DNA from: Camelus ferus
Lineage: Eukaryota
Direction: 5' to 3'
DNA: 64,000 nucleotides
NCBI RefSeq assembly: GCF_009834535.1
Contig: NC_045697.1
Location: 8,558,001 to 8,622,000 of the forward strand
In this document: piece by piece, positions 51,612 to 64,000 of the stretch
How positions within the stretch are numbered: the stretch's first letter is position 1
How the letters are laid out: every line of letters begins with the position of its first letter
The notes under the pieces: generated by a model
Databases searched by the model: none
What the model was told of the DNA's origin: nothing
Seen by the model: the letters and a program-made list of their open reading frames with translations, nothing else
Translations under genes and position numbers: made by a program

Positions 51612-52203
51612 TACACAACTCAACAACAAAATCCAAACAACATGGTTTAAAAGAGGGCAAAGGGCGTGAATTGACATTTCCAAAGAAGACACAAACGGCC
51701 AATAAGCACATGAGAAGATATTCAACATCACTAATCATTAGGGAAATGCAAATCAAAGCCACATGAGACACCAATCCACAGCAGATGAATGGATAAACAA
51801 AACAGGGCATGTTAATGGAATATTATTTGGCCAGAAAAGGGAACGAAATTCTGACACATACTATAACATGGATGAACCTTAAAGACATCATGCCCAGCAA
51901 AAGAAACAAGATACAGAAGGATAAATCCTGTATGAGTCTACTTCAGTGAGGTACCTAGAGAAGTCAGATTCATGGAGGCAGAAAGTCCGACGGTGGTTGC
52001 CAGAGGCCAGGGGGCGGAGAAACAGAGAACTATTGTTTAATGGAGCAGAGTTTCCATCTAGGAAGCTGGGAAAGTTCCGGAGGCGGATGGTGGTGATGGT
52101 TGAACAACAATATGAATGTACCCAGTGCCTCTGAGCTGTACACTTAAAAATGATTAAAACGGTAAATTTCATGTTACGTATATTTTACCACAATGTTTAA
52201 AAA
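51612..52203 (+). mobile_element. L1MB-type 3' fragment with an internal deletion
   Basis: ORF2 tail (catcactaatcattagggaaatgcaaatcaaa) joined at about 51773 to gatgaatggataaac; ends ggtaaatttcatgttacgtatattttaccacaat. Confidence 0.85.
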
Positions 52204-52364
52204 GGAATCTGTCCTTGCCACACTTCTCGTGCGTCTTTGAACAGTGGTCACATGTTCAGGTTGAGCGTCCCTGGCTTTTGCTGGCCCCACACCATTTGCT
52301 AAGATGGATGCCCTGTCACCAAGACGTGGCTTAAATCACCCCGGTCAGCAAAGTTTACACTCCA

Positions 52365-53150
52365 AAGGCCCCCATTGGCTGACGTGACTAAGTGGATTCA
52401 CAAGATCCTGGACAACTCAGGCTACCGCCGTGTGGCCGAGAACAGGAAGGGACCAAGAAAAATTGGACGTCGGTGTCAAAATGTTAAGCCCCTGCTGTCT
52501 CAAGCGGCTGGAGGAGCCATTAGAGGCAGGGAGCCGACGGCAGGAGGGACGGTCTCCCCCACCAACTTCTCAGCCTGCTCAGCCCCCTCTCGGGGAGGCT
52601 GGCTTCATTTATGCAGCCCGTGTGGTTTGCAAAGGGGACAAGCAGCAGCACAAAAACCACACCACCGCATCTGCATACGAAGCCCTTGTTTAGAGAGGCT
52701 CGAAAGGGAAGTTCTTAGTCTATAATATCTTTTCCCTGAAAATTCCTTCCGGGCCCCCTGCGACCTCAGCACTATATAGAGATGTCAAGTGTTTATCCAA
52801 GTCGCCTGCTGCTTTCTGCGGCCCAGCCTGCCCTTCTGGACGTGGCTTCCCCTCTCCGCGCCTCTCTGGATGTCCTGGCTTCCCTAGGCCTCCCGTGGCT
52901 GACTCTCGCTTTCCTCTTGCTCGCTCATTCTTCTGGCTTTCAAATTGATTTTTATTTCACCTGTTTGCCCAAAAGAGCGGTGAAGCATATATTTATGTGA
53001 AGGTTAGCAAATCAACTCACTCAGGACTGAGGAGGAAAGAGAGGAGGAAATGCTTTAGCTGTAAGAGTGGGCACAGCTGCCGTGCTGGGCTGCGGAGAGA
53101 GAAGCGTTTCTCCCCCCGCCCTCCGTGCCAAAACGATGGCGCCTAGATGT
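52365..53150. promoter_or_regulatory. Repeat-free CpG-enriched promoter/enhancer-like region
   Basis: ATTGG adjacent to TGACGT (52374-52385); TCAAGTG and TGTTTAT near 52785; CTATATAG; GC box near 53113; elevated CpG. Confidence 0.45.
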
Positions 53151-54172
53151 TTCTAAGGGAAACGATGCTTCTGAGGAGAGTGAATTCTGAAATTTCTGAC
53201 CTTATAAAGGGGACATTGAGTGACACAGTGAGACACTGGCCACACTTCTATGGGATACGATCAATTTTGTACAGCTTTGTCCTGGTCCAATTTTTACTGT
53301 TTCCCTGTCAGTGAGACCATTTTCTCTTGGGTTCTATTCTTTTTCCAGTGGCCACGTTGGAGATCAGGAGTTCTCCAGTTACATACTTCTCTAGGCTGTA
53401 CTTCCTATTATGTGGGAATACTCGGGTCCCCTGGCCAAGCCAACGAGGAGCTAGCGTGTCAGCCGTGAAATCCTCACTCCCTGCAGGTAACTCCACTCTC
53501 TAAAGTCAACACACCTGCCATCAGAGGCCTTTGGCTACCTATCCCCTTACCCATCGCCCCTCCCAGTACAGTGTCTAAACAATTGAAAAGTGGGCCTTGT
53601 GGGACAAAGTCTCCAACGTGATTAAGGGTGGATCATCGGGAGCAACTGGTCACAAGGCTGCCTCCTGCTCCCTCCTCCTTGAGGGGGGGAAAGGTCAGCC
53701 TTCACCCACCCTGTGTAAGACACAAAAGCAAGCACCGAAACTCATCTCCTTTATCTATTACCTGCCACAAAACGGGCGGGGACCTGAGATGAGCCCACCG
53801 AGGAACGGGGAGAGGAAGACAAACAAGGAGGCACGCTTGAACAATGACCCTGAATATAGTAAACCCACCAATTACTAATTTAGGATAGTGGCCTATTTTT
53901 TAAAATAATTCCATTGAGTCAAGTGGGACTGTGAGGTGTCTTACCTTCTGGATAGACCTACTTGGATATTTGTTAACTATTCCCCAGCGTGGCAGACACT
54001 GCTGGTGGGCAGTCATGGCCCAGCGGTCATTTCCAGCCCCTCCTACCTTATCCACATTTTCTGTGTTGCTCTAAAAGCTCCTGGCCTGCCCTGAACAAAG
54101 GGTGGCCTTGTGACATCCAGCTGTGGCCGGTGGGAGAGTGGGAAGAAGGAAGTAGCCCCTGGGGAAAGTGGC

Positions 54173-54689
54173 CATGGTAGGATGGCCCCCAAAGTTGTTC
54201 ATGTACTAAAAACTGGGACTTGTGAAGATGTTTCCTTCTCTGGCAAGAGGGACTTTGTAGATGGGGTTAAGACAAGGATCTTGAGATGGGGAGATTTTTC
54301 TGGATTATCCACGTGGGCCTGATATTACCCCAAGGGTCCTTATAAGTGAAAGAGGGAGGCAGGAGAGTCAGAGAAGGCGATGTGACAAGAGCAGAGTGAT
54401 GTGATCAGAGACTCAACTGGCCACTGCTGGCTTTGAGGCTAGGAGGAGTTTACAAGCCAAGGAACGTGGGTGGCTTCTTGAAGCGGGAAAAATCAGGGAA
54501 ACAAATTCTCCCCTAGAGTCTCCAGAAAACAAAAACAAAAACACAATCCTCAACCTTAGCCCCCTGGGAAGCCTTTTGGACTTCTGACCTCCAGAACTGT
54601 AAGATAACAGCCTTGTGTTGTTTTCAGCCTCTGCTCCTTTTGAGTTCAGTTTGTGGCAGTTTGTTACAGCAGCAACTAGAAATGATCCA
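54173..54689 (+). mobile_element. MaLR solo LTR MLT1D-like
   Basis: gggactttgtagatggggttaag...gatcttgagatggggagat...tttgttacagcagcaactagaaa; 5-bp TSD gtggc/gtgtc. Confidence 0.85.
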
Positions 54690-54966
54690 GTGTCTCTTCC
54701 CAAATAAACATGCTTCACACTTTTTCTCCTTCCTTGTTCTTGATGCATGAGATGTGGATGTGGAGTCCGGTGGGACAGCAGCCCTCTTGCAGTCTTGCGG
54801 TAGTACCCACGAGGATGAAGGACTCATGCTCAGAAAGGCAGAGCCGAGTCTGGGGCTCTAGATGGCTTCACTGAGCCACCAGCCCTAGACTGCCTGTCCC
54901 TGAACTTTGTGTCACATGAGACACGTAAAATGGGACATGTTTAAGTCACTACGGCAGGACTTTGTG

Positions 54967-55407
54967 CAGTGTGTGCTGGAGCTGACTCAGCCAGCTCCTG
55001 AGAGGGAATTCTTAAATTTCCAGAAACTCTGTGGGCCCATTATTAAAAATTTATACAATCTTACAATCAAATAAATTACGTTAAAAATAAAGGTAATAAG
55101 GAATCAAAATTCTTTTGATTTCTGAACATTATACAAATTTTACTACTATCTATGCTCCTGACACTACGTACCTCTGTTGTATCTGAATGGCAGTGATAGC
55201 ACATCTCCTGGTTCTACACTATGTACAGCAGTGTACCCTGTACTGAATGCCATGTATCTGCACAACTCCGCACTCAGTTCCATCCCACTGGCAGCTTAAA
55301 ACCAGCCATGCTGGGAGTATTGCCATGCTAGAAATCAGCAAACACTACAAATCAGGGTTTTCTTTTCCCCCAGAGTCCATTGTTAATCATTTACTGATCC
55401 GCCACTG
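54967..55407 (+). mobile_element. hAT-Blackjack MITE MER63B-like
   Basis: TIRs cagtg-tgtgctgg...ctgatccgccactg; 8-bp TSD actttgtg/gttttgtg. Confidence 0.8.
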
Positions 55408-56712
55408 GTTTTGTGTTTCTGCAGCCAAATGCATTTGCAATGGCTGCATCCCTTGTGGTGTTTAATGCCACCTGCAGTACGATGGCAGCCACAACTTGCC
55501 AACCCAAATTGTATTTGTAGGGAACTGAGTTCTCCTAGTTTCTCTTTTAAATAAAGATTTAGGCCCCAGGCACTGTGCTAGGCAGGCTCTTTCTTATTCT
55601 AGCTCACAGAATCCTTCCCGTCTAGCTGAAAGGTGGGTATTCTAACCCCATTTCACACACAAGGAGACCAAAGCTCAAGGGGAGAAGGGCTCTGCCAATG
55701 ATCTGTAACCAGTTAGGGGCCAAGACAGGATTTGAACACTCTTTCAACTAACTCAGAACCTCTGCTCATTCTCCAACAGCATGCTTTGAACACAGCAGGC
55801 CCTGAATAGATATTTGCTGAGTTATCAAAACAAATATTAACTCTTCCTTCCAGATAGCTGGGGACGCAAGATGCCAGACTCAAGTGCCAGGCGGCTTTCA
55901 CACCATATGTGCAAAAGACATTGGTACCAGGCTACTTTTCCTGAACATCAAAGAGAGCCCTGAAACACTTATGGTTAGAAGATTGAGTTTCATGAAAGTA
56001 TTAAATTTATGTTTTTTTCGAACAGCATCACTGGGGGGAGGCACCGTGGTTACAACTCTCTCATCTTGAAATAGACACAGAGTAATTTCCTCCTTTGCTG
56101 GTTGTCAGCTTGGCTCCCAATCATTCCCCCCAGAGCTGGCAGAATTTCAATGACTCTAAAATTAATCTGTGGGGCAGAGAGTTTGTCCAGTGCCTTGACA
56201 TTCTGGGAGCTTTGCTGCGGTCTCAAAGTCAGTGCCTGGGATGGAAAGTCAGGAGGTCAAAGGTGAAATCTCAATTCTTGGCCCAACTGGGGACCTTGGA
56301 CAATCCTGCCAATACATTTCTCCCCTGGTTTTATGATGGGAGTCCCCACAAATTATTCTGAACTAGAGTGATTGGTAACTAACATAGAATTGCTAGGCAC
56401 AAATATGGGATTTTTAACTTAACTTTTTGAACATTTATTTGAATTCCTAAGGAAGATAGACATGAGCACAGATAAGCAATAGATGAGTGTAGTGAAAAAG
56501 ACACGGGCAGGCTGCTGGGATCGCACAGAACCTGGGGTGACTAAGCCCACTGAGGCGGGGAGGGAGAGGTTCAGGAAAGGCCTTTTGAGATGATGATGCC
56601 TGAGGTTAGGTTTAAAGACAAAGTGGACCTAGATAAGTGAGAAGTTAGGATAGGGGTTTACAAGCAAAGGGAGTCATGCAGCGACTGCACGACTGCACCG
56701 ATGGCTGCACTT

Positions 56713-56782
56713 GGGGGTGGGGTACAGCTCAGTGGTGGAACGCATGGGGTTCAATCCCTGGTACCTCCACTAACAACAACAG
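56713..56782 (+). mobile_element. tRNA-Ala-derived SINE with an internal deletion of about 20 nt (anticodon arm)
   Basis: ggggtacagctcagtggtggaacgcatg|gggttcaatccctggtacctcca plus (AAC)n tail. Confidence 0.8.
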
Positions 56783-58185
56783 AAGATGGTTAAACTACGA
56801 GCAGCTCAGAGCTGTGGAGCATAGAAGGTAAGACACAGATTAGCAGAGAGACGGCTAGAGGGCTGAGCAAGGGCCAGGACACACAGGGGACATGGATGTC
56901 ACAGAAGCGCACCTGCACTTTATCTCACATGCAGTGAGAAGCCGTCAGATGTTTTAACCATTGGGGACATGGCTATGCTGTATTAGGAACTATTCTAAAG
57001 ACTTTGAGATTCATGAAAAGATTCTTGCAAAAGGATAGGTAGGAGACGAGGGCCAAGGATGGGGCTGTGGAGAGAAAACAGAGGGTCAGCTTACAAATTC
57101 AGAAATACTCATGGAGAGACTCGTAGGGCCTAGAGATTGAGGTTAGAGTGAGTCTAGGATAACCCCGAGTTTAACATTAACTAAGCACAGGCACCGGAGC
57201 AGGTCCGGGCGAGAGAGTGAGCTCCAGAATGAGTTCAATGTGTGCCATCCAAGTGGAGATGTCCAGCAGCAAACGGACATATGAGTCTTCAGAGAGGAGC
57301 GTGTTTTAATTCACGTTTGCATCCAACCTAGAGCAAGTCCTGGCACACACAAAGCTCTGGACGTATGTTTGTAAGCTGGAAGGATGGAAGCTGGAATAAA
57401 GATTAGGAGAAGGGTTCAAGGTAGAAACAGAGAGAAGTTTGCCAGGGTGGGTTAGCAACTTCCTGAGAGTGGTTTAAACTGAGAAAGAATGAAACTCCAG
57501 AGAAAGGGAGAGTCTCTAAAGTGAGAAGAGAGGAGGGCTGAGAATGAGATCCTTGGGCACACTGACATGCAAGGGATAGGAAGACAGGACAGAGCAAGGA
57601 GATGGAGACTGGGGCACAGAGATTGGAGGGACACAAAGACAGATGCCACAGAGGCCAAAGATGGCTGGCGGAGAAGCAAGGTCCCAAAGGCACACCCTGA
57701 GAAAAGTCCATGGGAGCTATGTGGGGGTCTTGGCAAGAGCAATTCCAGTGGGATGCAGGAGGTAGAAGCCAGAGGGCCCTGGGATGTAATACGGGGTGAA
57801 GAGAGGGATGTTAGACAGAGTAATAGAAAGACACAAGGTCGAGGGTGATACGTTAGGGTGGAGACTTACACATGGCTGGAAATGTTAAAGGGTGGAGAAC
57901 AGAGAAGAGAGATGGGATTGTCTGCTCTGCAAGATTCCACAGGAGATGCCCAGGAAGGAGACTGTCAACCAAAGTGGAGAGACTGGGTGACGTGGCTTTG
58001 TCTGAGAGGAGAAGATACGGGCTAGGTATGGAGATTCCTTTGGAAGGGCAGAGGCTGGAAAGTGTATCGTTTACTACGGCTAAAATACTGGGGAAACCCT
58101 CTGTGTCCCAAAATAGGAAAATGGTTGTATATGTATGATATACCTACCCAATGGAGTGTTTTACACTCATAAAAAATAAGTTACA

Positions 58186-58272
58186 GGGGAAGACTAATAG
58201 CTCAGTGGCAGAGCGCGTGCTTATCATGCACGAGGTCGTGGGTTCAATCCTCAGTACCTCCATTAAAAAAAG
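58186..58272 (+). mobile_element. tRNA-Ala-derived SINE (Vic-1-like)
   Basis: tagctcagtggcagagcgcgtgcttatcatgcacgaggtcgtgggttcaatcctcagtacctcca plus A-tail. Confidence 0.88.
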
Positions 58273-61194
58273 AAATCACTGTTATGAATCTATGTGGTCA
58301 TCTGAAAAAAGGAGTTACAAAATCACACCACATGAGAAGGGTGGAAAATTACCAATCCAAGAGGTACAATTATTTTTAAAAGAATTTCAGGAAAAACTTC
58401 TGGAATATTAAGACCAAATGTGATCATGTTATAAAGATTTTTGTGAGTGCCTCTTAGGACTTTGTCTTTGATTGTTTACAGGCTTATTGAATTTATTTTG
58501 AAAATTAAAAAAGTTAAATTTAAAGTAGGACTGACTTGATGATAGCTAAGTTTTTCCATTAGCAATAATTCTCATTCTTCGATGTTAATCCAAGAATCAC
58601 AGCTCCAGATAGCATTTCCCTCTGCTGGAAATCTCTCTCCCACCCCATCTGCCTCGTACCTTACTCTTCACTGTTTCCAACACAGCCCTTCCCCTGGAGA
58701 AGCTGAGGACTGCCACGGGCGTGGATGCAGGCTTTCAGTCAGAATATCCACAGAACTACATCCAATCCCCAGGACAGCTTCTGTCCTTACCATAGGGCAG
58801 GTGGCCAAGATGCCAGCCAGCCCTGAAGTTAGCATATGTTTCATTTGACACTTTGCCTCAGGTCTTGTCTTTTCTGAGAATGTAATTGAGACACTGATTT
58901 TAGGGGGTGGGCTCAGGGGTTGGAATGAGACAGAAGTGAGTTAGAATCTCCAAGCCTTCTTCTTATTAGGGAAAGACACTTACGGAAGCTGTGCTCGTCT
59001 CTACATCTGTAAAATGGGGGCAATGAAACCTCCTTCATAGACTTTTGAGAATCATAAAAAAGGTATCACCTATGTATGTGTATATATAGCTTATATCTAT
59101 ATATGACAATGTCTATATTTACATCTACATTGACTTTAGAATTTCGCCGCTTGGGTTTGTATTTCAACATGTGAGACTTTGAGCAGGTTACTTAACTACC
59201 AATGACTGGATGAGACAGGATAACAGGGGATGAGGACGGTACTAATAGCCAAATGGATCAGTCTCTAAAATCTTCCAGAATTTGTCAGTGACCCTGGGGA
59301 AAGATGGGAAAGACCACTCAAGCATAAACGGGGCTTGAGACAAAAATTAAGGTCATTGCAGAAAACCAAAGGTGTATTTCTTGCACTCCTGAGTTTGTGC
59401 GGTGAACATTAGATGGCAGTTTTGTTGAGAAGGTAGGAGTAGAGTTAGCTGGCAAGTGTGGAAGGAGATGGCAGGACCAAACTTCTGATCTCAGTTTACA
59501 GACCAGTCAGGGGAGGCCCAGAGAGATGAGACAAATTGTACATAGAAAACCGGAATTCAGGGCTTCTAACTCTCAGACCCACATTGCCTCCCCAAATAGA
59601 TTTGTTACAGTGTTACCAAAAGCAGCAGAACGGGAAGGCTACACCCCCGATTGGAATGAAGCAAAGCACTGAAGCTGAGCCATTTCCCCAAAGAGCTTGA
59701 GGGGAGACTCGTCATGGGAAAGGCACAGCCAAGTCTCTAACCTCACCTGCTTCCTTAGTAATGCCTGGTGACACATAGCCAGTGCATCTTAACTGGCTGG
59801 CCTGAGAGATTTTCATCCACAGAGACACTTCCATCAGGTTTATCTCAGGCCACCACGGCCCAGGCCTACGACTATCTGCGAAGCGCTTCGGCTCTGTGGT
59901 CACTCCAACGCCTTCTAATAGGGCTCATTCTTGACGCTTGCCTCTGCCAATGAGCCTGTCCAAGGAGCAGGGGGTCATTTTCTCATCTAAATTATTGTGA
60001 AGATGAAGACTCCTTTGGCTGCAGGTGATGGAAACCTACCTTGCACTAACTGAGGTAAGCATGCCACTTTCTGAAGAGGACACCGGGTCTCACCAAGGAC
60101 AGACAAGTATTTGGATTCTAGGACTCAAAGCAGGAGTTTGAGCACCATCAAAAAAAAAAATCTGTCTCCATCTTTCATTCCTGAGCCACTGCATCATTCC
60201 TGGATTCAGGAATCCCGGAGAAGGAACTCACTGGCCTGTCTGGGGTGGGAGCTCGCTACTGAGGAGACCAGCTTGGCTAGAGAGGGTGAGTCACAACAGA
60301 GCCTTCCTGCAGCGGCTTCCAGGTAAGAACGAGGTCGGAGCAGATAGGCACCGAGTGTTCATCTTAGTATTTACTAAGGGTAGGGATCTGGACTAGGTTC
60401 TAGGGGAGAGGGAGCAAGGGAAACCAAGAGTTGGAGAAGAACCAGATTCCTTCCTCAAGGAGCCTCCCACTCTGGAAGAGGAAGTGACATAATACCGTCT
60501 GGGTAGTGCTATCATGTTGGGTAGAGGGCATGGAATCCCATCTTAGCCAGGCCTTGGATTCCAAAGTTAGCAGGCAAGGCGAAAATGGTCTACAGCCAAT
60601 ACATTTGCCCTAAATACTCAAATCGCACCCAACAGAAGATGTTCATGCAGAGACAAGCAAGCCAAAGCTGCCTTAGACAACTCAGATCCACATTTCCCAC
60701 CTCTCATTCCAGGATGCGTGCTCACTGAACAGATGGCAGGCAAAGTCACCCATGTGGTTGATAGTCATCTCTCTTCTTGTGCTCTTTTCCCAAGATTGTG
60801 GAGTTAAATCTACAGAAGTCAAACACATACAGCATGTGACTCATTAACTTACCAAAGCCACACAGCATTGAGCTTGAGAACCAGGTTCCAAGCCCATGGT
60901 TGCCTGAGTTTTCAGCCCACAATCACACCCTTACACTGGGAAGACTCCTGGAATTACTTCATTCCCCGATTCTCTGGGCTTTTTAAAGATGGAGGTTCCC
61001 ACCTTCTCCTCCTTGGAAATCGCTCCGAGCTCTGCTCAGCTGGGTCCACGTGTGTAGAATTGGGTTGGGCTAGGCTGGGCTGGGCCGAGCTGAGTTGGGA
61101 GGGCATCTGGACAAGCACAGGGAGACAGTGATTCCAGGGCAGCTGGTGGGAAGCCATTCATTTTCCTAGGTTGTATATGCTACAAAGGGCTTAT

Positions 61195-61400
61195 CAAGGA
61201 GATGTTTACAAATGGGGAGCCTTGCTGTTTTTAACAGATTAACTGTAGCATTGATTCAGTGACCTGACAACCCATTCCCCTGGACCGCTGGTTTACACTT
61301 GACTCCTCCTGGACAGTAGGCAGATAAAGGAGCCGCCAAGTTGACAGCGAGGAGGCGGGCCACACCCAAAGCTTCCATTAAGCAGCCTGCAGGGCCTGCA
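61195..61400. promoter_or_regulatory. Candidate enhancer (FOX, GATA, MEIS and KLF motifs)
   Basis: TGTTTAC at 61203-61209; AGATAA at 61322-61327; TGACAG at 61342-61347; CCACACCC at 61360-61367. Confidence 0.35.
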
Positions 61401-62079
61401 GGCTCGGACACCCCCTAGAGTCCAGCCAGCACTCATGCCTCGCTCCTCCCTCCATGGTCAGTGAACCCTGCCACCCAGCCCCGCCAAGGGCGCCCCTCTG
61501 ACCAACTCTGTGTCAAACCTCCTTTCCAAACAACACAGAAGAACGTTGCTGTTGTTGCTTTGGTCGAGCATTCAGGTCACAACCAAGGTAAACAGGCCCA
61601 GCGGGCCCCAGGGCAGGCCAGTTATATTTCCTGATCTGGAACAGGAAAAATCTGACCCCCAGGGACATTACCAAGCATGTACTGAGCCCTAATCTGTGTC
61701 AGCTCCTCTCACTTCCTTGCTTTCATTTAACCCCAAAACTACTCCCGGAGGTAGGTAGCATTCTCCTCATTGTTCGGATAAGAAAACTGAAGCTCAGAGA
61801 GATTAACCAAACCGAGGCAATTTGCTGGTGGCCACATGGAGTTCTCCTCTGGTCTGTCAGATGTTCACATTTTTTTTTTTTTCAAAATACCATGTGGCCT
61901 AATCCAGATACCCTAACTGTACCTGTGTGGGGCAGATGCTTCAGGTGCTTTTGGATGTCTACCAATAGCCACACACCCCATTTAGAACTTGAATTGGTTC
62001 AGCTATCCCACGGCCATGTGCTTCACTGAAGACTAAGATGCTCTCCATCCCAGGGGATGAAACTTGAAGAGTCTAAACC

Positions 62080-62283
62080 AATGATTTTCAACCCTAGATG
62101 CTCATCAGAGCTCTTTGGAGTGTACACACATACACACACACATAAACGTGTATATGCACTACAGAGCCCCAGCTGAGCCCCTTTAAATCAATCTTTAAGA
62201 GTAGAACCTAGACATCCGTATGTATTTTAAAGATGCTCCCCCCTCACCCCAGTTCAATCTCAGACAGAGTTGAGAGTCACTGG
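62080..62283. mobile_element. hAT-Charlie MITE (MER5A-like) with an internal (CA)n
   Basis: caatgattttcaacc...gttgagagtcactg terminal repeats. Confidence 0.65.
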
Positions 62284-62289
62284 CCCTAA

Positions 62290-62722
62290 CCATTTTCCCT
62301 CACCACCAGTCTGGGATGAGCATTTGATAAAATTCTGGCCAATGGAAGGGGTGAGAAATCTTCTGGAAGGTGGGGCTCTGGGGAAATTTTTCTTCTTTCT
62401 TTAAAGGAAGCATGAGGATGAGATCGGCCCCCTCTTCTCCTTCTGACCTTTGGATTTTGTGGTGTAAAGATGTGACACCTGGCATTATTGCAGCCACCCT
62501 GTGACCATGAGAGAGCCAGCCCAGCAGTCAACAGGCTGAGGATGGCAAAGAAGAAAGGCAAGAATCTGGAACTTTGGTGGCATCTCCGAACAACTTAAAC
62601 AACCCTGCAATCACCTTACCCTGAGAATACTTGTAAGAGGTGATCAATATTCTTAACTGTTTAAGATACTTTAAGTTAGTTATTTGGTAGCTTGCAGCCA
62701 AAAGGATCTCAACAGCTAACAC
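62290..62722 (+). mobile_element. MaLR LTR (MLT1J-like)
   Basis: ttctggccaatgg...gcagccaccctgtgaccatgag...gcttgcagccaaaaggatctcaacagctaac. Confidence 0.75.
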
Positions 62723-63077
62723 CCACCACTGATTTCACCTACTTCTGCCTGCTGCCTGAGCTGTTTCCAACAGGGGCGGACGTCCGTCAGCAGCTGGGTC
62801 CCCCAGACAGGAAGGCCGAAACTCAGTCCTGCTGCCCAGAGGACTCATAACTAGTGAGCCCTGGGCGTATCATTAAACAACTAGTTACCATGAGAGCAAT
62901 TCCAATAATAACCATGACATTTATTATGCACTTACTCCATGCCAGGAACTGTGTAAAGCAAAGTGCTATGAGTATGTCCTCTCATTCCATCCTTAAAAAT
63001 CACCCAGTGAGGTAAGTATTACTGTGTTTTACACACCAGGAAACGGAGCCCCGGAGAAGCTGCAGCATCTGACCAAG

Positions 63078-63109
63078 GCTGCAGAGCTGCAGAGCTGCAG
63101 AGCGGCAGA
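63078..63109. repeat. (GCTGCAGA)x4 tandem repeat inside a MIR
   Basis: Direct read; the last unit is GCGGCAGA. Confidence 0.9.
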
Positions 63110-64000
63110 GACAGGACGCTAACCCGATCTGTCAGACTCTCAAGACTTCCCTTCTTTCCAGGAGACCGTGTTGTTTCATTTCCCTGTGACTTACGACGTT
63201 ACGTGTGTTCACACATTCGCTGAAATGCTTAACGATGCGAATAAAAGGCATTCATCATTGTAATCCCTAATGGAGATAACAGAAATATTAGCAAAGGCTG
63301 AAGTGAAAACAGTTCAAGTGAGGCCTAATTTTTTACAAGGCCAAGGAATAATTTACTTTATCACAGCAAAGAATTTTATTTGACAAATGCATACTTTATC
63401 ATCTCTGGTCTGCTGAAAATGTAAGTTTACATTTTTCCTAGCCATAAAATTAAAATAATTTTGGCTGCAAAAATCTAAGAAGAAATCCCATTCTAGGTTC
63501 AAGCATTTCCCTGCTTGAACTAAATTTAGATGCTAAATATGGAGCGTGAATAAATGCCATCCCAGTCGGGCATGGCGGATGCCTGAGTCTGTTGGGTCAG
63601 GGTTCAAATCCCTGTTCTGCCTCCTGTTGACCGGGTGACATCGAACAAGACATTTCACTCCTCCAAGTCTCAGCTTCCTGATCTGGAAGATGGCAATCAC
63701 AGCTCCCAAGGCAGGCCTGGGATGAGGGTCCAATCAGATGCCTACGTACACTGCATGGCAAAGCAGATGAGCTGTAAACTTGGCTGTTACGAAAATCCGT
63801 GTGAAGTGCCTAGAACGGGACCTGGTGCGGAGTAGCTTCTCAGTAAATCTTTAATGCCTTCCCTCTATCCTCCTTCTTTCGTTCCTCATCATCGACAGCC
63901 AGGGGTGGGCCTTCGAGGAGAGCACCGACACAAACTGGTCCCCTCTGCTCCTGGTTGTGGGAGGAGTAATGGGCCGAAGCCCACATCTTGGTTCACTCAG

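Larger units (their letters stand above)
53989..55440 (+). mobile_element. Old MaLR LTR (MLT1J/K-like) split by two younger insertions
   Basis: Segments 53989-54172, 54690-54966 and 55408-55440 read as one LTR ending gcagccaaatgcat. Confidence 0.6.

Noticed and set aside
58186..58262. tRNA gene (apparent anticodon ATC; AGC in the copy at 15772)
   Set aside because: Altered 5' acceptor-stem region and A-rich tails; the 15772 copy also has a TSD, and there are multiple decayed copies. These are SINEs, not functional tRNA genes.
1..64000. CRISPR array, operon or other prokaryotic/viral system
   Set aside because: No regularly spaced repeats, long ORFs or gag/pol/env remnants were seen; the sequence is repeat-rich mammalian non-coding DNA.

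Overview
Mammalian genomic DNA, probably camelid: it carries short tRNA-Ala(AGC)-derived SINEs of the Vic-1 type and artiodactyl-type L1 3' ends. No known protein-coding gene is recognisable. The only ORF with clear homology is a dead L1 ORF2p C-terminal remnant at about 9.1-9.5 kb. The window is mostly old interspersed repeats (MIR, L2, L1M, MaLR/ERV solo LTRs, hAT MITEs, several nested with visible target-site duplications), microsatellites and repeat-poor, motif-dense stretches that look like cis-regulatory elements. Most notable candidates, all unproven: (1) a possible minus-strand gene at the left end, with an HSE/CCAAT/E-box promoter-like patch near 7.5 kb, a donor at 7365, and a 100-nt exon (3641-3542) holding a good-Kozak ATG, a signal-peptide-like 24-codon segment and a phase-1 GTAAGT donor; (2) several perfect nuclear-receptor direct repeats, including a DR5+DR1 composite at 22555-22578 and three DR0s; (3) a near-consensus CTCF motif inside a MIR, and orphan CpG-rich patches. 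No prokaryote-type system (CRISPR, operon) is present. Repeat family names are from recalled consensus sequences and need RepeatMasker/Dfam confirmation; many repeat boundaries are approximate.
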